Positions 36,987 to 44,984 of a stretch of 64,000 bases of DNA are shown piece by piece. The DNA is taken from positions 151,292-215,291 of the IMG/VR virus record IMGVR_UViG_3300029908_000004. The stretch is one strand, 5' to 3'. The number at the start of each line of letters is the position of its first letter. Position 1 is the first letter of the stretch. The notes beneath the pieces are model-generated. The model was given only the letters and a program-made list of their open reading frames with translations, did no database searches and had not been told where the DNA came from. A program made the translations under genes and the position numbers.

Positions 36987-37958
36987 ATGAAACAACTACT
37001 CTTAATTTGTATAATACTATGTGCTGGAGCTCTTCATGCGGCGACTTGGTATGCGGATAGTGGGACAGCCAATGCTAGCGCAATTACGTGGCACGCCACT
37101 TCCGGAGGAAACTGCGTCACTGGGAGTGGAGCAACGCTGGCTTGGGGCAGTGGTACGAGCACGGATGTCTTCGACTCCAACGGCTGTTCTGCTATCGCCA
37201 TCACCACCGAACCGGGGTCAGGCTGGAGCGGAGCCAGCGCTGGAGTATGTGGCACTGGGGGCACTACTCCAACCATTCAGACGAACACGACGAATGGTGG
37301 TGGATTCACTTATGCAACTGCAACCAATATCATTACACATATGAACGTCACAGCCACTAAATCACCAGCGCTAGTTGTGTCAGGAACCAGTGGTGGTGGA
37401 ACTATATGCGGTTATATCACTGGAGGCAGTGTAGCTTCCGCTTATGGTGTATCTACCACTCATGGAACGGTGGCTCTATATATTATTGGTGGTATAACAG
37501 GTGGGACAACATCGTCAACTTATGGGTATTACAGTGTGTCTGGAAATGGTCTTACAACCATAATTGGCAACGTGACCGCAGGTAGCGGAAGTGGATCATC
37601 CTATGGTATGAATCTTGTGGGGACCGGGGCAACTACTATTATTGGCAACTGCATAGGTTCAAATACAACTGCAGCTACAGGATGTAATACTGGTACTTCC
37701 ACTATTACACTCACAGGCTCATTGATTAATGGATTAAAAGGACTGGGTGCACTGACTCCAGTTCTATTTACCCCTTCAGCTACTAGTTACATTCTCTATC
37801 CGAAGGATGCTAGTTATACGCTTGGGGTTGTAAATAGCCATGCTACGGTGGTGCCAGCTGATCCGGGTGCTGCTAACGTTCGAAGTGGAACCGTTTATGG
37901 ACCGTTCACTGGTACAATGAGTAGTACTGGTGCTGTTAGTTCCGAGAGTAGTTGGTAA
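36987..37958 (+). CDS. Signal-peptide-bearing Gly/Thr-rich protein (beta-helix-like)
   Basis: MKQLLLICIILCAGALHA signal with probable A|A cleavage. Repeating IIG.ITGG....YG units, six Cys in the mature part, AGGAG RBS. Confidence 0.75.
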   Translation: MKQLLLICIILCAGALHAATWYADSGTANASAITWHATSGGNCVTGSGATLAWGSGTSTDVFDSNGCSAIAITTEPGSGWSGASAGVCGTGGTTPTIQTNTTNGGGFTYATATNIITHMNVTATKSPALVVSGTSGGGTICGYITGGSVASAYGVSTTHGTVALYIIGGITGGTTSSTYGYYSVSGNGLTTIIGNVTAGSGSGSSYGMNLVGTGATTIIGNCIGSNTTAATGCNTGTSTITLTGSLINGLKGLGALTPVLFTPSATSYILYPKDASYTLGVVNSHATVVPADPGAANVRSGTVYGPFTGTMSSTGAVSSESSW

Positions 37959-37986
37959 TTAATGTATAAATTATATAAAGAGGGCT

Positions 37987-38403
37987 ATGGGAAGAATTAG
38001 AAAGCCGAAGATAAGACGTCCTCCACGCAAATCTATACCATATAGCGCGATACGTAAAGCTAATCGGCGAAGACCTAGAAGTAGTTTAGAAATCACAGTA
38101 GGTGGGTGGTTAAAAGAGGAAGAAATCCCATTTGTGCGAGAGAAAGCAATAGGAAGATGCCACGTAGATGTTTTCCTACCTCCACGCACTATAGTAGAAT
38201 TAAATGGTTGTTATTGGCACGGCTGTATGATTTGTAATAAGGAGCCAACCCAAAATCAGAAAATAGCACAGATAAAAGATGGTCGACGATACGCCTATTT
38301 CAGGAATCGTGGCTATGATCTAATAGTTATTTGGGAATGTGAAGTAAAGAAAGAGCCTAATAGAGTAAGAGCTATGCTAAAAACTCTAGCTAATCAAGGA
38401 TAA
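37987..38403 (+). CDS. Vsr/DUF559-like endonuclease
   Basis: SSLE, HVDVFLP, IVELNGCYWHG, KD..R, GYDLIVIWECE. Confidence 0.88.
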   Translation: MGRIRKPKIRRPPRKSIPYSAIRKANRRRPRSSLEITVGGWLKEEEIPFVREKAIGRCHVDVFLPPRTIVELNGCYWHGCMICNKEPTQNQKIAQIKDGRRYAYFRNRGYDLIVIWECEVKKEPNRVRAMLKTLANQG

Positions 38404-38405
38404 AT

Positions 38406-38936
38406 ATGTTCACACCAATAGGTAGCTATACATTAGGACAAGTTGGAGATGTAGGCGAAGGCGCACTGCAAATATTTGCTCAGCATGATAAGTTTGGGGC
38501 ATTTGCTAAAAGAGTTTTCCCCTTTATAGCTTTAACAGATATAGCTGCGTCTACGATATATGGTAAAAGAGGCAACAAAGTCGCCTCTGGTCTTGGTGCT
38601 GCTGCTACAGCAGTAACAGGTTATGCCACAGTAACAGCATTTGCAACTTTAGGACAGGCGATAATCCCAATTCCGGGTTTAGGAGCAGTAATTGGTGGTG
38701 TAGTGGGTGCAGCGGTTAATATTGGTATGGACAAGAGCATTAGAAGAAATGTAGAATCTGCTGTCACTGAGTTCAAAGACGTTGGTGAATACCAAAAACG
38801 AATGCATTTCGGTGGTAACTACGAAGATAATGAAATAGCATATACAATGCGGCAGAAGGCAGCTCAAGAGATGGGCTCTAGTCTTTTAAATAGTAGGCAA
38901 TATTTAGGTAAGGAAGGAGCTCTACTCCATCAGTAG
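38406..38936 (+). CDS. Hypothetical virion protein with Gly-rich hydrophobic segment
   Basis: IIPIPGLGAVIGGVVGAAV hydrophobic segment. C-terminal AYTMRQKAAQEM...SRQYLGKEG. Confidence 0.7.
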   Translation: MFTPIGSYTLGQVGDVGEGALQIFAQHDKFGAFAKRVFPFIALTDIAASTIYGKRGNKVASGLGAAATAVTGYATVTAFATLGQAIIPIPGLGAVIGGVVGAAVNIGMDKSIRRNVESAVTEFKDVGEYQKRMHFGGNYEDNEIAYTMRQKAAQEMGSSLLNSRQYLGKEGALLHQ

Positions 38937-38945
38937 AGAAAACTA

Positions 38946-39848
38946 ATGAGTGACTATACAACACAACAGCTATCACAGATGGTAGACGCTTTAACACAGC
39001 AGGTGGCTGCTTTAGACGGGCAAGGTTTGCCCACTGGAGCGTATGGGGTCACCCAGACTTTGTCTCGTGAAGTAAGAGGGATGACAACTACCCTAAGCCA
39101 ATATGCTTTAGTGGTACAGAGCCAGATAGATGACTTAAAGTCTGCACTTGCTGTCGTGCAAACTGCTCTAAGCAGTATAACAACCTCCAAAGGAAGTAAT
39201 GCCGGTGTAGTTCTTCAGGTTAACAACGCAAATGGTTCTTCACAAACATTACTGAATCTACAAAATAGTGCTAGCGTTAATTTTACTGATGTTGGTAATG
39301 GAAACATCGTAGCCACTATTAACCCACAAGCGACTACCGCAGGTGGCAACAACGGTCAACTGCAGTGGAATAATCAAGGAGCTTTCGCTGGTGTGTTAAA
39401 CAGTGGGATTGATGTTAATGGTGTTTTATCCATTGAAGATCTAGTCGTTCCTAATGTTTCAATTACTAGCACACTTAAAGATTCAGAAGCTTCAGTAGGG
39501 GTCAATGGTCAAATTCTTACCTCTACAGGTAGTGCTGTGGTTTGGGTCACACCTCCAAGTCTTTCTATAGCCTCAACAAATGTGGACCGCCCACTCCTTA
39601 TCACAGATGGGCTGCTATTGTGTACACCGGGTTCAGGAGAGGTTACCATTACGTTGCCGGACGCTACCACCCTTCTAAGTAAAGTGTATTACATCAAGAA
39701 GGCAGATACGGATGTTGGAATTGTGAACATTATAACTATTAATAGCCAAACTATAGATATATTACCAAACTATCAACTTCTTAACAAGAATCAGTTTGTA
39801 CAGGTAGTTTCAGACGGTAGTAATTGGCAGGTCATCGGGGCAAATTAG
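38946..39848 (+). CDS. Tail fibre-like protein
   Basis: Coiled-coil N-terminus, GGNNGQLQWNNQGAFAG and GVNGQILTSTG..VVW fibre motifs. C-terminal domain paralogous to that of 32613-33776. Confidence 0.75.
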   Translation: MSDYTTQQLSQMVDALTQQVAALDGQGLPTGAYGVTQTLSREVRGMTTTLSQYALVVQSQIDDLKSALAVVQTALSSITTSKGSNAGVVLQVNNANGSSQTLLNLQNSASVNFTDVGNGNIVATINPQATTAGGNNGQLQWNNQGAFAGVLNSGIDVNGVLSIEDLVVPNVSITSTLKDSEASVGVNGQILTSTGSAVVWVTPPSLSIASTNVDRPLLITDGLLLCTPGSGEVTITLPDATTLLSKVYYIKKADTDVGIVNIITINSQTIDILPNYQLLNKNQFVQVVSDGSNWQVIGAN

Positions 39849-39882
39849 GGTTCAATCTTATCCGGTTAAAAAAAAGGTCGAA

Positions 39883-40009
39883 GAAACTTCAAGTAGCATT
39901 TTTTGATATCACTTGTTAACAATAGAAACAATAAACAAATAAAACTATAACAATATACAATAGATATCAAATCTGTAAGAGATATAACCAAGGATTATAA
40001 AGAAGTTTC
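39883..40009. repeat. AT-rich nested inverted repeats enclosing ACAATA direct repeats at the strand-convergence point
   Basis: GAAACTTC(39883)/GAAGTTTC(40002) and TTTGATATC(39902)/GATATCAAA(39963). ACAATA at 39919, 39928, 39950, 39957 plus two variants. Confidence 0.6.
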
Positions 40010-40020
40010 CTATAAATAGC

Positions 40021-40057
40021 AACGAAGAACAAATTAATGATTTATTTGTTCTTCGTT
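40021..40057. terminator. Probable bidirectional terminator hairpin
   Basis: 14-bp perfect stem AACGAAGAACAAAT / ATTTGTTCTTCGTT with 9-nt loop between convergent operons, T-rich tail on + strand. Confidence 0.65.
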
Positions 40058-40086
40058 ATTTGTTTTTACTGGATAAGTAAAGCCCT

Positions 40087-41238
40087 CTAAACAGAGGGCT
40101 TTTTTCTAAGGCGTACTGCGTGTCCTTTAAGATATAGCATGACTTCAGAATATCTTTTCTTAGCCGTTTGGCTATCACAGCCAAGAACGGCACCAACATC
40201 CTTCCAACTATATTCAAGAACCCACACCATTCGAAGGATATTCCTTTCCATAGGTGTTAGGTTCCTGAATAACTTGTCATTAGTTTCCTGAACCCAACCT
40301 AAAGACATTTCACTTATGTCTAATGGTTGTCTTATTAAGACTGTATCCGCTGACCAAGATTGCCCATCGGAATCAGTGAAGTCACCGTCTGCGTTAGGCA
40401 TCCCGAACTCTTTAGAAGAGAAGACATCATTGTCAGGGGCTCTTCCACTTCTATAATCGAGTTGCAACATGCCTGCTTGGGACTCGATGGATGACATTTC
40501 TGCTGAGATGTATTCATGTAAGTAGTATCTGAAGTACATCTGGATGAAATAGGTGAGACCAACCGGCCCAGACTCGAAAAAGGACTTGGGGGGTGGCCAT
40601 GAAAGCCTTTTATATCCTGTGATTTTCTTCTTCGGCCCAGCAACACTGGAGAGAAAACCTTTGCGCACCAGCAAGCGAATACAGCCAGTACTATCAAAAC
40701 CGAGTCTGGAGGTAATTTCCGCTGCTGTAAATTCGATTGTTGATTTGCCCCTACGTTTTGGAAACGATTCGTTGATTGTTTCGTGTACCCTTCGTACCTT
40801 GTCTGTATACGTTGGGTCATACTTATCCACAGCTCTCATTAAACATAGGACAAGTATATCATATATATCATCACAAGTCATCTGTTTAAATGCTAGGTGT
40901 AGTGTTTTACATACGTTCTGAAGGACGGGCCTAGAGATGGTTTGTTTATCCATCGTCTTTGGTACTAAAGTTTTGAGGAAGACTACAGTATCCCTACCAG
41001 CAGCAGACTTTATAGGAGGCATATTACCACGAACGATCATATGTAAATATTTCATCAGATAACCATGAAAATACTCCATCAATCGTAATAGGATAGCTTC
41101 CCTATCCGCTTCTGGGGGTAGAGAAGCATAGGTAACCCCTAGAAGATTAACTTCTTCACGGTTATTGAAATCCTCCTCAACTGGAACCCTCCATTTAGAG
41201 GCATAGTGAGAAGAACTTAAGTTTGAATTTCTATACAA
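40087..41238 (-). CDS. sigma70-family-like transcription factor with insertions in region 2
   Basis: Region 2.2-like DDIYDILVLCLMRAVDKYDP, 2.3-like LTYFIQMYFRYYL, region 4 HTH LTPMERNILRM...SWKDVGAVLGCDSQTAKKRY. Start reassigned to TTG 41238, which has AGGAG 7 nt upstream. Confidence 0.75.
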   Translation of the reverse strand: MYRNSNLSSSHYASKWRVPVEEDFNNREEVNLLGVTYASLPPEADREAILLRLMEYFHGYLMKYLHMIVRGNMPPIKSAAGRDTVVFLKTLVPKTMDKQTISRPVLQNVCKTLHLAFKQMTCDDIYDILVLCLMRAVDKYDPTYTDKVRRVHETINESFPKRRGKSTIEFTAAEITSRLGFDSTGCIRLLVRKGFLSSVAGPKKKITGYKRLSWPPPKSFFESGPVGLTYFIQMYFRYYLHEYISAEMSSIESQAGMLQLDYRSGRAPDNDVFSSKEFGMPNADGDFTDSDGQSWSADTVLIRQPLDISEMSLGWVQETNDKLFRNLTPMERNILRMVWVLEYSWKDVGAVLGCDSQTAKKRYSEVMLYLKGHAVRLRKKPSV

Positions 41239-41288
41239 TGACTTGCTCCTAGTCCCCACCAGAAGCAATTGTACCCAGTAACATCTTT

Positions 41289-41318
41289 ATTATACACTAA
41301 TACAACTCATTGAGTCAA
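41289..41318 (-). promoter_or_regulatory. Near-consensus sigma70 promoter with overlapping palindrome
   Basis: Minus strand TTGACT-N18-TATAAT. ACTCA-T-TGAGT palindrome at 41305-41315. Confidence 0.7.
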
Positions 41319-41334
41319 AAGAAGTTATTATAAT

Positions 41335-41790
41335 TTACTTATATTTATTATTGCTTCCAGTTACTTCTAGATTTTCATACCCTTTTATAACAAAATCTTT
41401 TATAATTATATCTTCTATCATTGCTAGATAGCTTTCCAAGGATAACGTAACAAGAACAGGGATTTTCTTGCTAGAAGTGCTATTCCTAGTATGGATAAGC
41501 AGCTTCTCCCCTTCGATATCTTTGTATCTATTAGCATGTGTCATATAAGTTTCTATTACATTTAACTTCTCTACTTTTTTACATTCAATTTGTAGATTAC
41601 CAAGTTCACGTTGGGCCGCTGGAGATAAAATTATATCAACCCCCGGCTGTCCCATGCCTCGGCTTTCAATATCTTCATTAACTAAGTTTACTATCTTTCC
41701 AACTTCCCTTAACTTATCTCTTACTAGTTGCTGGAAAACTCTTCCCTTAGCTTTACAACTTCGAGGTTTAATCCCTGCCATTATTCCCAT
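41335..41790 (-). CDS. Holliday junction resolvase-like PD-(D/E)XK nuclease
   Basis: SCKAKGRVFQ, MGQPGVDIILS, IECK motifs. Confidence 0.8.
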   Translation of the reverse strand: MGIMAGIKPRSCKAKGRVFQQLVRDKLREVGKIVNLVNEDIESRGMGQPGVDIILSPAAQRELGNLQIECKKVEKLNVIETYMTHANRYKDIEGEKLLIHTRNSTSSKKIPVLVTLSLESYLAMIEDIIIKDFVIKGYENLEVTGSNNKYK

Positions 41791-41962
41791 CTTCCATGTC
41801 TTCTACCTATGTGCCAATGGTTTGGATCTACTGTACAACGATAAACATGTAACCCAGATTCCGCCATCTGCTCCTTAGCCCAATTTGCTGTCTTCTTACT
41901 AGGGAAGGCAGTCTTTCTAGCGCAGGTTCTACTCTCAAATTCTCTCGTAACTTTGTGTTCAT
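41781..41962 (-). pseudogene. Small Cys/His protein, apparently frameshifted by one missing base
   Basis: Coupled ATG at 41962 with GAGGTG RBS is out of frame with C..K..F....A...YRC....HWH motif. Adding one A to the run at 41952-41954 gives MNTKVTREFESRTCARK... Confidence 0.5.
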
Positions 41963-42490
41963 TTACACCTCGAATAGATCTTTTCCCTTGGAAGATTGTT
42001 GATTCTTTATCTGTGCTATCCCCCGATTTACTACTCCATTCTTTGCTTCCATTAATATGTTTATCAGACTTTTTATTGCCCCCTGATAAAATGGTAACGC
42101 CAGAACTTTGTAGCCCCCGGACAATAGAGTTCCATTTGGATTTGTCCATAAGTCCCTCATCTTCAATACTATTTCTTCTTCGGTGGATTTAGGACGCAAA
42201 GTAGTTACAATCCTGACTAAATGATCAAGTTCTATTAAAGTCCATGGAATAGAATGAATATAAGCGGTAGGTTTATCCACTACTTGCGTACCTTCCATAA
42301 ACTTACGTGTACTAATAACTTCTACTTTAACATTATAATACATACTCCGCTTTTGTCTTATAATAGGTAGTGTTAATTTGTAACCATGGACACTATCATA
42401 ATAAGCGTCCCATGCTTGCAAACGAGCTAATACTAAATTACATATAGGACTAAACCAAATGACGGCTGTTTCCGCTGTTGTCTTTGGCAC
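41963..42490 (-). CDS. Hypothetical protein
   Basis: 175-aa ORF, GTG start overlapping the upstream stop. Confidence 0.7.
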   Translation of the reverse strand: MPKTTAETAVIWFSPICNLVLARLQAWDAYYDSVHGYKLTLPIIRQKRSMYYNVKVEVISTRKFMEGTQVVDKPTAYIHSIPWTLIELDHLVRIVTTLRPKSTEEEIVLKMRDLWTNPNGTLLSGGYKVLALPFYQGAIKSLINILMEAKNGVVNRGIAQIKNQQSSKGKDLFEV

Positions 42491-42711
42491 TACTTGCCTT
42501 TCTTTCGATCATTAGACAACCACCCACGCATAATCCCAGCGCCAGTGCCGGGGTTAGGAGTGGTTCCTTGACCACTTCTAGGGGCAACTACAGAAGGAAC
42601 TAATCCACCAGTGGTTATTCCTTGTTTACCTATCCCTTTGATGTTGCTTTGTGGTGCTTTTATGGGTGCAGAAGGCATTTTACGCTGCTTCTTTTTCTTC
42701 TTATCTTCCAT
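42490..42711 (-). CDS. Small basic low-complexity protein
   Basis: 73 aa, Lys/Gly/Pro-rich, coupled to neighbours. Confidence 0.65.
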   Translation of the reverse strand: MEDKKKKKQRKMPSAPIKAPQSNIKGIGKQGITTGGLVPSVVAPRSGQGTTPNPGTGAGIMRGWLSNDRKKGK

Positions 42712-42713
42712 TA

Positions 42714-43040
42714 TTAAGACAACCTCTCGTATGTTAATGAATCGATCATGTCGGGCTGTTGCTGGTTGTCAGATGTAGGCAAGTTATCATAAGTAACTAT
42801 ATTTTCAGCTTGCTTAGTCTTAGGCTCTTCTTGCTTAATCTTAAGATCTTCAACTTCTACACACAAGACAGCAACATCTAGAATAGTGTCTCTAATATCA
42901 TCTATACTTGATGATAATCTCACATTAGTCTCGTTTAAATCGTGTAAAAGCATGTTTATAACAACAACTACTACACTCAAGGCAAAGAAGTCCACCATTA
43001 TATGGATTGCTATAACTACTAGTAACCAATGGGGAATCAC
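42714..43040 (-). CDS. Membrane protein with coiled coil
   Basis: Hydrophobic N-terminal ~30 aa, GTG start with GAGG RBS. Confidence 0.65.
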   Translation of the reverse strand: MIPHWLLVVIAIHIMVDFFALSVVVVVINMLLHDLNETNVRLSSSIDDIRDTILDVAVLCVEVEDLKIKQEEPKTKQAENIVTYDNLPTSDNQQQPDMIDSLTYERLS

Positions 43041-43600
43041 TATTCCTCTCGTTCTTCGAATAAAGAATCAAAGCTTTCCTCTGCACCGTATAAGGCACGC
43101 ATTGCCATTCGATCTCTCAGAATTTGTGGGTCTTCAATAAAGTTTATAAGCTCTTTCTGCAAATCAACATAAGAACTATGTTTATTTGTTTCAGACTTTC
43201 TAGCATGAGTTAAAACTATTTCTGTTCCCTTACCTTCTACTACTTGTGAGGTACCGTCTGGATAATTAATCCTGCCTATCCATTCTGTGGTGTCTCCTAC
43301 AACGCGGAATCCATAAGAATTCCCTTCTGGGAATGCTATTTGTAAAGTTTTATATATATCTTGGTCTGCTTTATATAAAGACAAAAGTTCTTCCAGATCT
43401 GCGCCCATCCCAGTAGACATAGACGTAACCGCACTCTCTGGTAAATAAATCATTTGTGTGTGCCCAGACAAGAAAAATAAGGTTACATGATAAACCCTAC
43501 TACTGTTATCATAATCTACTTTGTATGAGGACGCTTCGGAAAACGTATTTTTAACTCGCTTCCATAGATCACCGTCAACACGTTCTGTTAATACTGCCAT
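43040..43600 (-). CDS. Hypothetical protein with internal duplication
   Basis: DLWKRVKNTFSEASSY...FLSGHTQMI versus DIYKTLQIAFPEGNSY...YPDGTSQVV. AGGAG RBS. Confidence 0.75.
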   Translation of the reverse strand: MAVLTERVDGDLWKRVKNTFSEASSYKVDYDNSSRVYHVTLFFLSGHTQMIYLPESAVTSMSTGMGADLEELLSLYKADQDIYKTLQIAFPEGNSYGFRVVGDTTEWIGRINYPDGTSQVVEGKGTEIVLTHARKSETNKHSSYVDLQKELINFIEDPQILRDRMAMRALYGAEESFDSLFEEREE

Positions 43601-43608
43601 ACGTTCTC

Positions 43609-44145
43609 CTATCTTGCAATTGAATGATACATACTATCGTCAAGCACTTTAGCACATTTTAGTAAGAAATAACTTACAGTGTCAAATACCCAATCTGGAC
43701 CATCTCCTATATGAACCAACCAGTCCTCATGAGTAGATAATGTAGGTAATTTAGACGGGATTATAGGTACACCGGGAGAGGATTCCCTCACCATATAAAT
43801 ATAAATCTTTAGCTCTGACTTCTTCCGCTCGCTATCCATTAACCATGCCGGATACTTATTCATATCCGTTTGCCTAGCATACAAAGCATCCATAGTTTCA
43901 CGGAAAGCTACAAAGTATTTCTTGGAGGGACGGTGATACACAGTAGCAATGTGTTCAAAGTATGTTACTTTATTATTCTGCTGGATATTAGAAGGGGACA
44001 GTTGTAAACGCTTATCAGGTTCACCAACACGATCGAAAGTTGCTCCCGGTAATGGATAAACCTTATTAGAAACGATCTCTAGGTTTGCTAGATATTCTTG
44101 ATTAACATTTCGAACTGGGTCTCTGTACGAGATCGATTGTTCCAT
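43609..44145 (-). CDS. Hypothetical protein
   Basis: 178-aa ORF within the operon. Confidence 0.75.
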   Translation of the reverse strand: MEQSISYRDPVRNVNQEYLANLEIVSNKVYPLPGATFDRVGEPDKRLQLSPSNIQQNNKVTYFEHIATVYHRPSKKYFVAFRETMDALYARQTDMNKYPAWLMDSERKKSELKIYIYMVRESSPGVPIIPSKLPTLSTHEDWLVHIGDGPDWVFDTVSYFLLKCAKVLDDSMYHSIAR

Positions 44146-44149
44146 GGGG

Positions 44150-44707
44150 TTATTTTCCTGATTTCTTTGTGATCCTAGGTGCTTCAGGTGTAGTTTCTAA
44201 AACTTGTTCAGCCTTAGTTTTCGTTTCTACCATTTTTAGTTTATCTTCTAATTCCTCTATACGCCCTAGTATCTTTATCTGAGTGTCAGACATTGAACTT
44301 CTCAATGATTCAAAGTCCGCTTGACTAGCCACTACCTTCAATAAATTATCTGGGCGTAGCTTTTTACGACGGTCAACAGCTGCAGAAGCGGAATTAAAGA
44401 AAGCTTGTCTATTAGATAAAGTGACTTGCGAGCCACCTTGGGCAGTTTGCTTTGGTACTAATGGGTGACCGCATAAACAGATTCTAATAGGCATAGGACT
44501 AGGACTAAGTGAACGAAATTCTACTGAACCATATCCAGAACCTGCAAACTGTTCTGCATAGGTTGTATAGAAATAAGTACCACCACACTCTTCACATTCA
44601 ATCGGAGTGTTCATAGGGTTTACCGCTCGTGATATACGATCGGTGGGGTTCTGTTGGACACCCCTCTTTTGATTTTCATTATTCTCTTGGTGCTCGTACG
44701 TGGGCAT
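44150..44707 (-). CDS. Zn-ribbon and coiled-coil protein
   Basis: CEECGG...CLCGH, GAGGAG RBS. Confidence 0.75.
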   Translation of the reverse strand: MPTYEHQENNENQKRGVQQNPTDRISRAVNPMNTPIECEECGGTYFYTTYAEQFAGSGYGSVEFRSLSPSPMPIRICLCGHPLVPKQTAQGGSQVTLSNRQAFFNSASAAVDRRKKLRPDNLLKVVASQADFESLRSSMSDTQIKILGRIEELEDKLKMVETKTKAEQVLETTPEAPRITKKSGK

Positions 44708-44800
44708 CAGATAGCTCCTCTTTGATTAATTTGTTATGCTTTACATCATCTAGTGATTTCTGCGTTAATTTACCCTCTTCTTATAAGATTTCTTCGCGTT

Positions 44801-44974
44801 CTATAACATGTACATAGCATCATTTACCTCTTCCTCAGATAGTTCACGCTTACAGATCAAGCACACAGGATGCTGCTCGTAATCTATAACATGTACATGT
44901 AAACGATTGAGTTCTGTAACGTCTGTTCCTATGATTACAGTCTTTATCTGACCATCTTTACCAATGATCTTCAT
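44801..44974 (-). CDS. Small hypothetical protein (HxH...CxxC)
   Basis: MKIIGKDG...LHVH...CLICKREL. Start reassigned to avoid overlap with the upstream gene. Confidence 0.55.
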   Translation of the reverse strand: MKIIGKDGQIKTVIIGTDVTELNRLHVHVIDYEQHPVCLICKRELSEEEVNDAMYML

Positions 44975-44984
44975 TGGCTCTGGG

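Noticed and set aside
33540-39848. Diversity-generating retroelement TR/VR pair from the repeated fibre C-termini
   Set aside because: Differences are mostly synonymous and not adenine-specific, both copies are coding, and there is no reverse transcriptase in the window.
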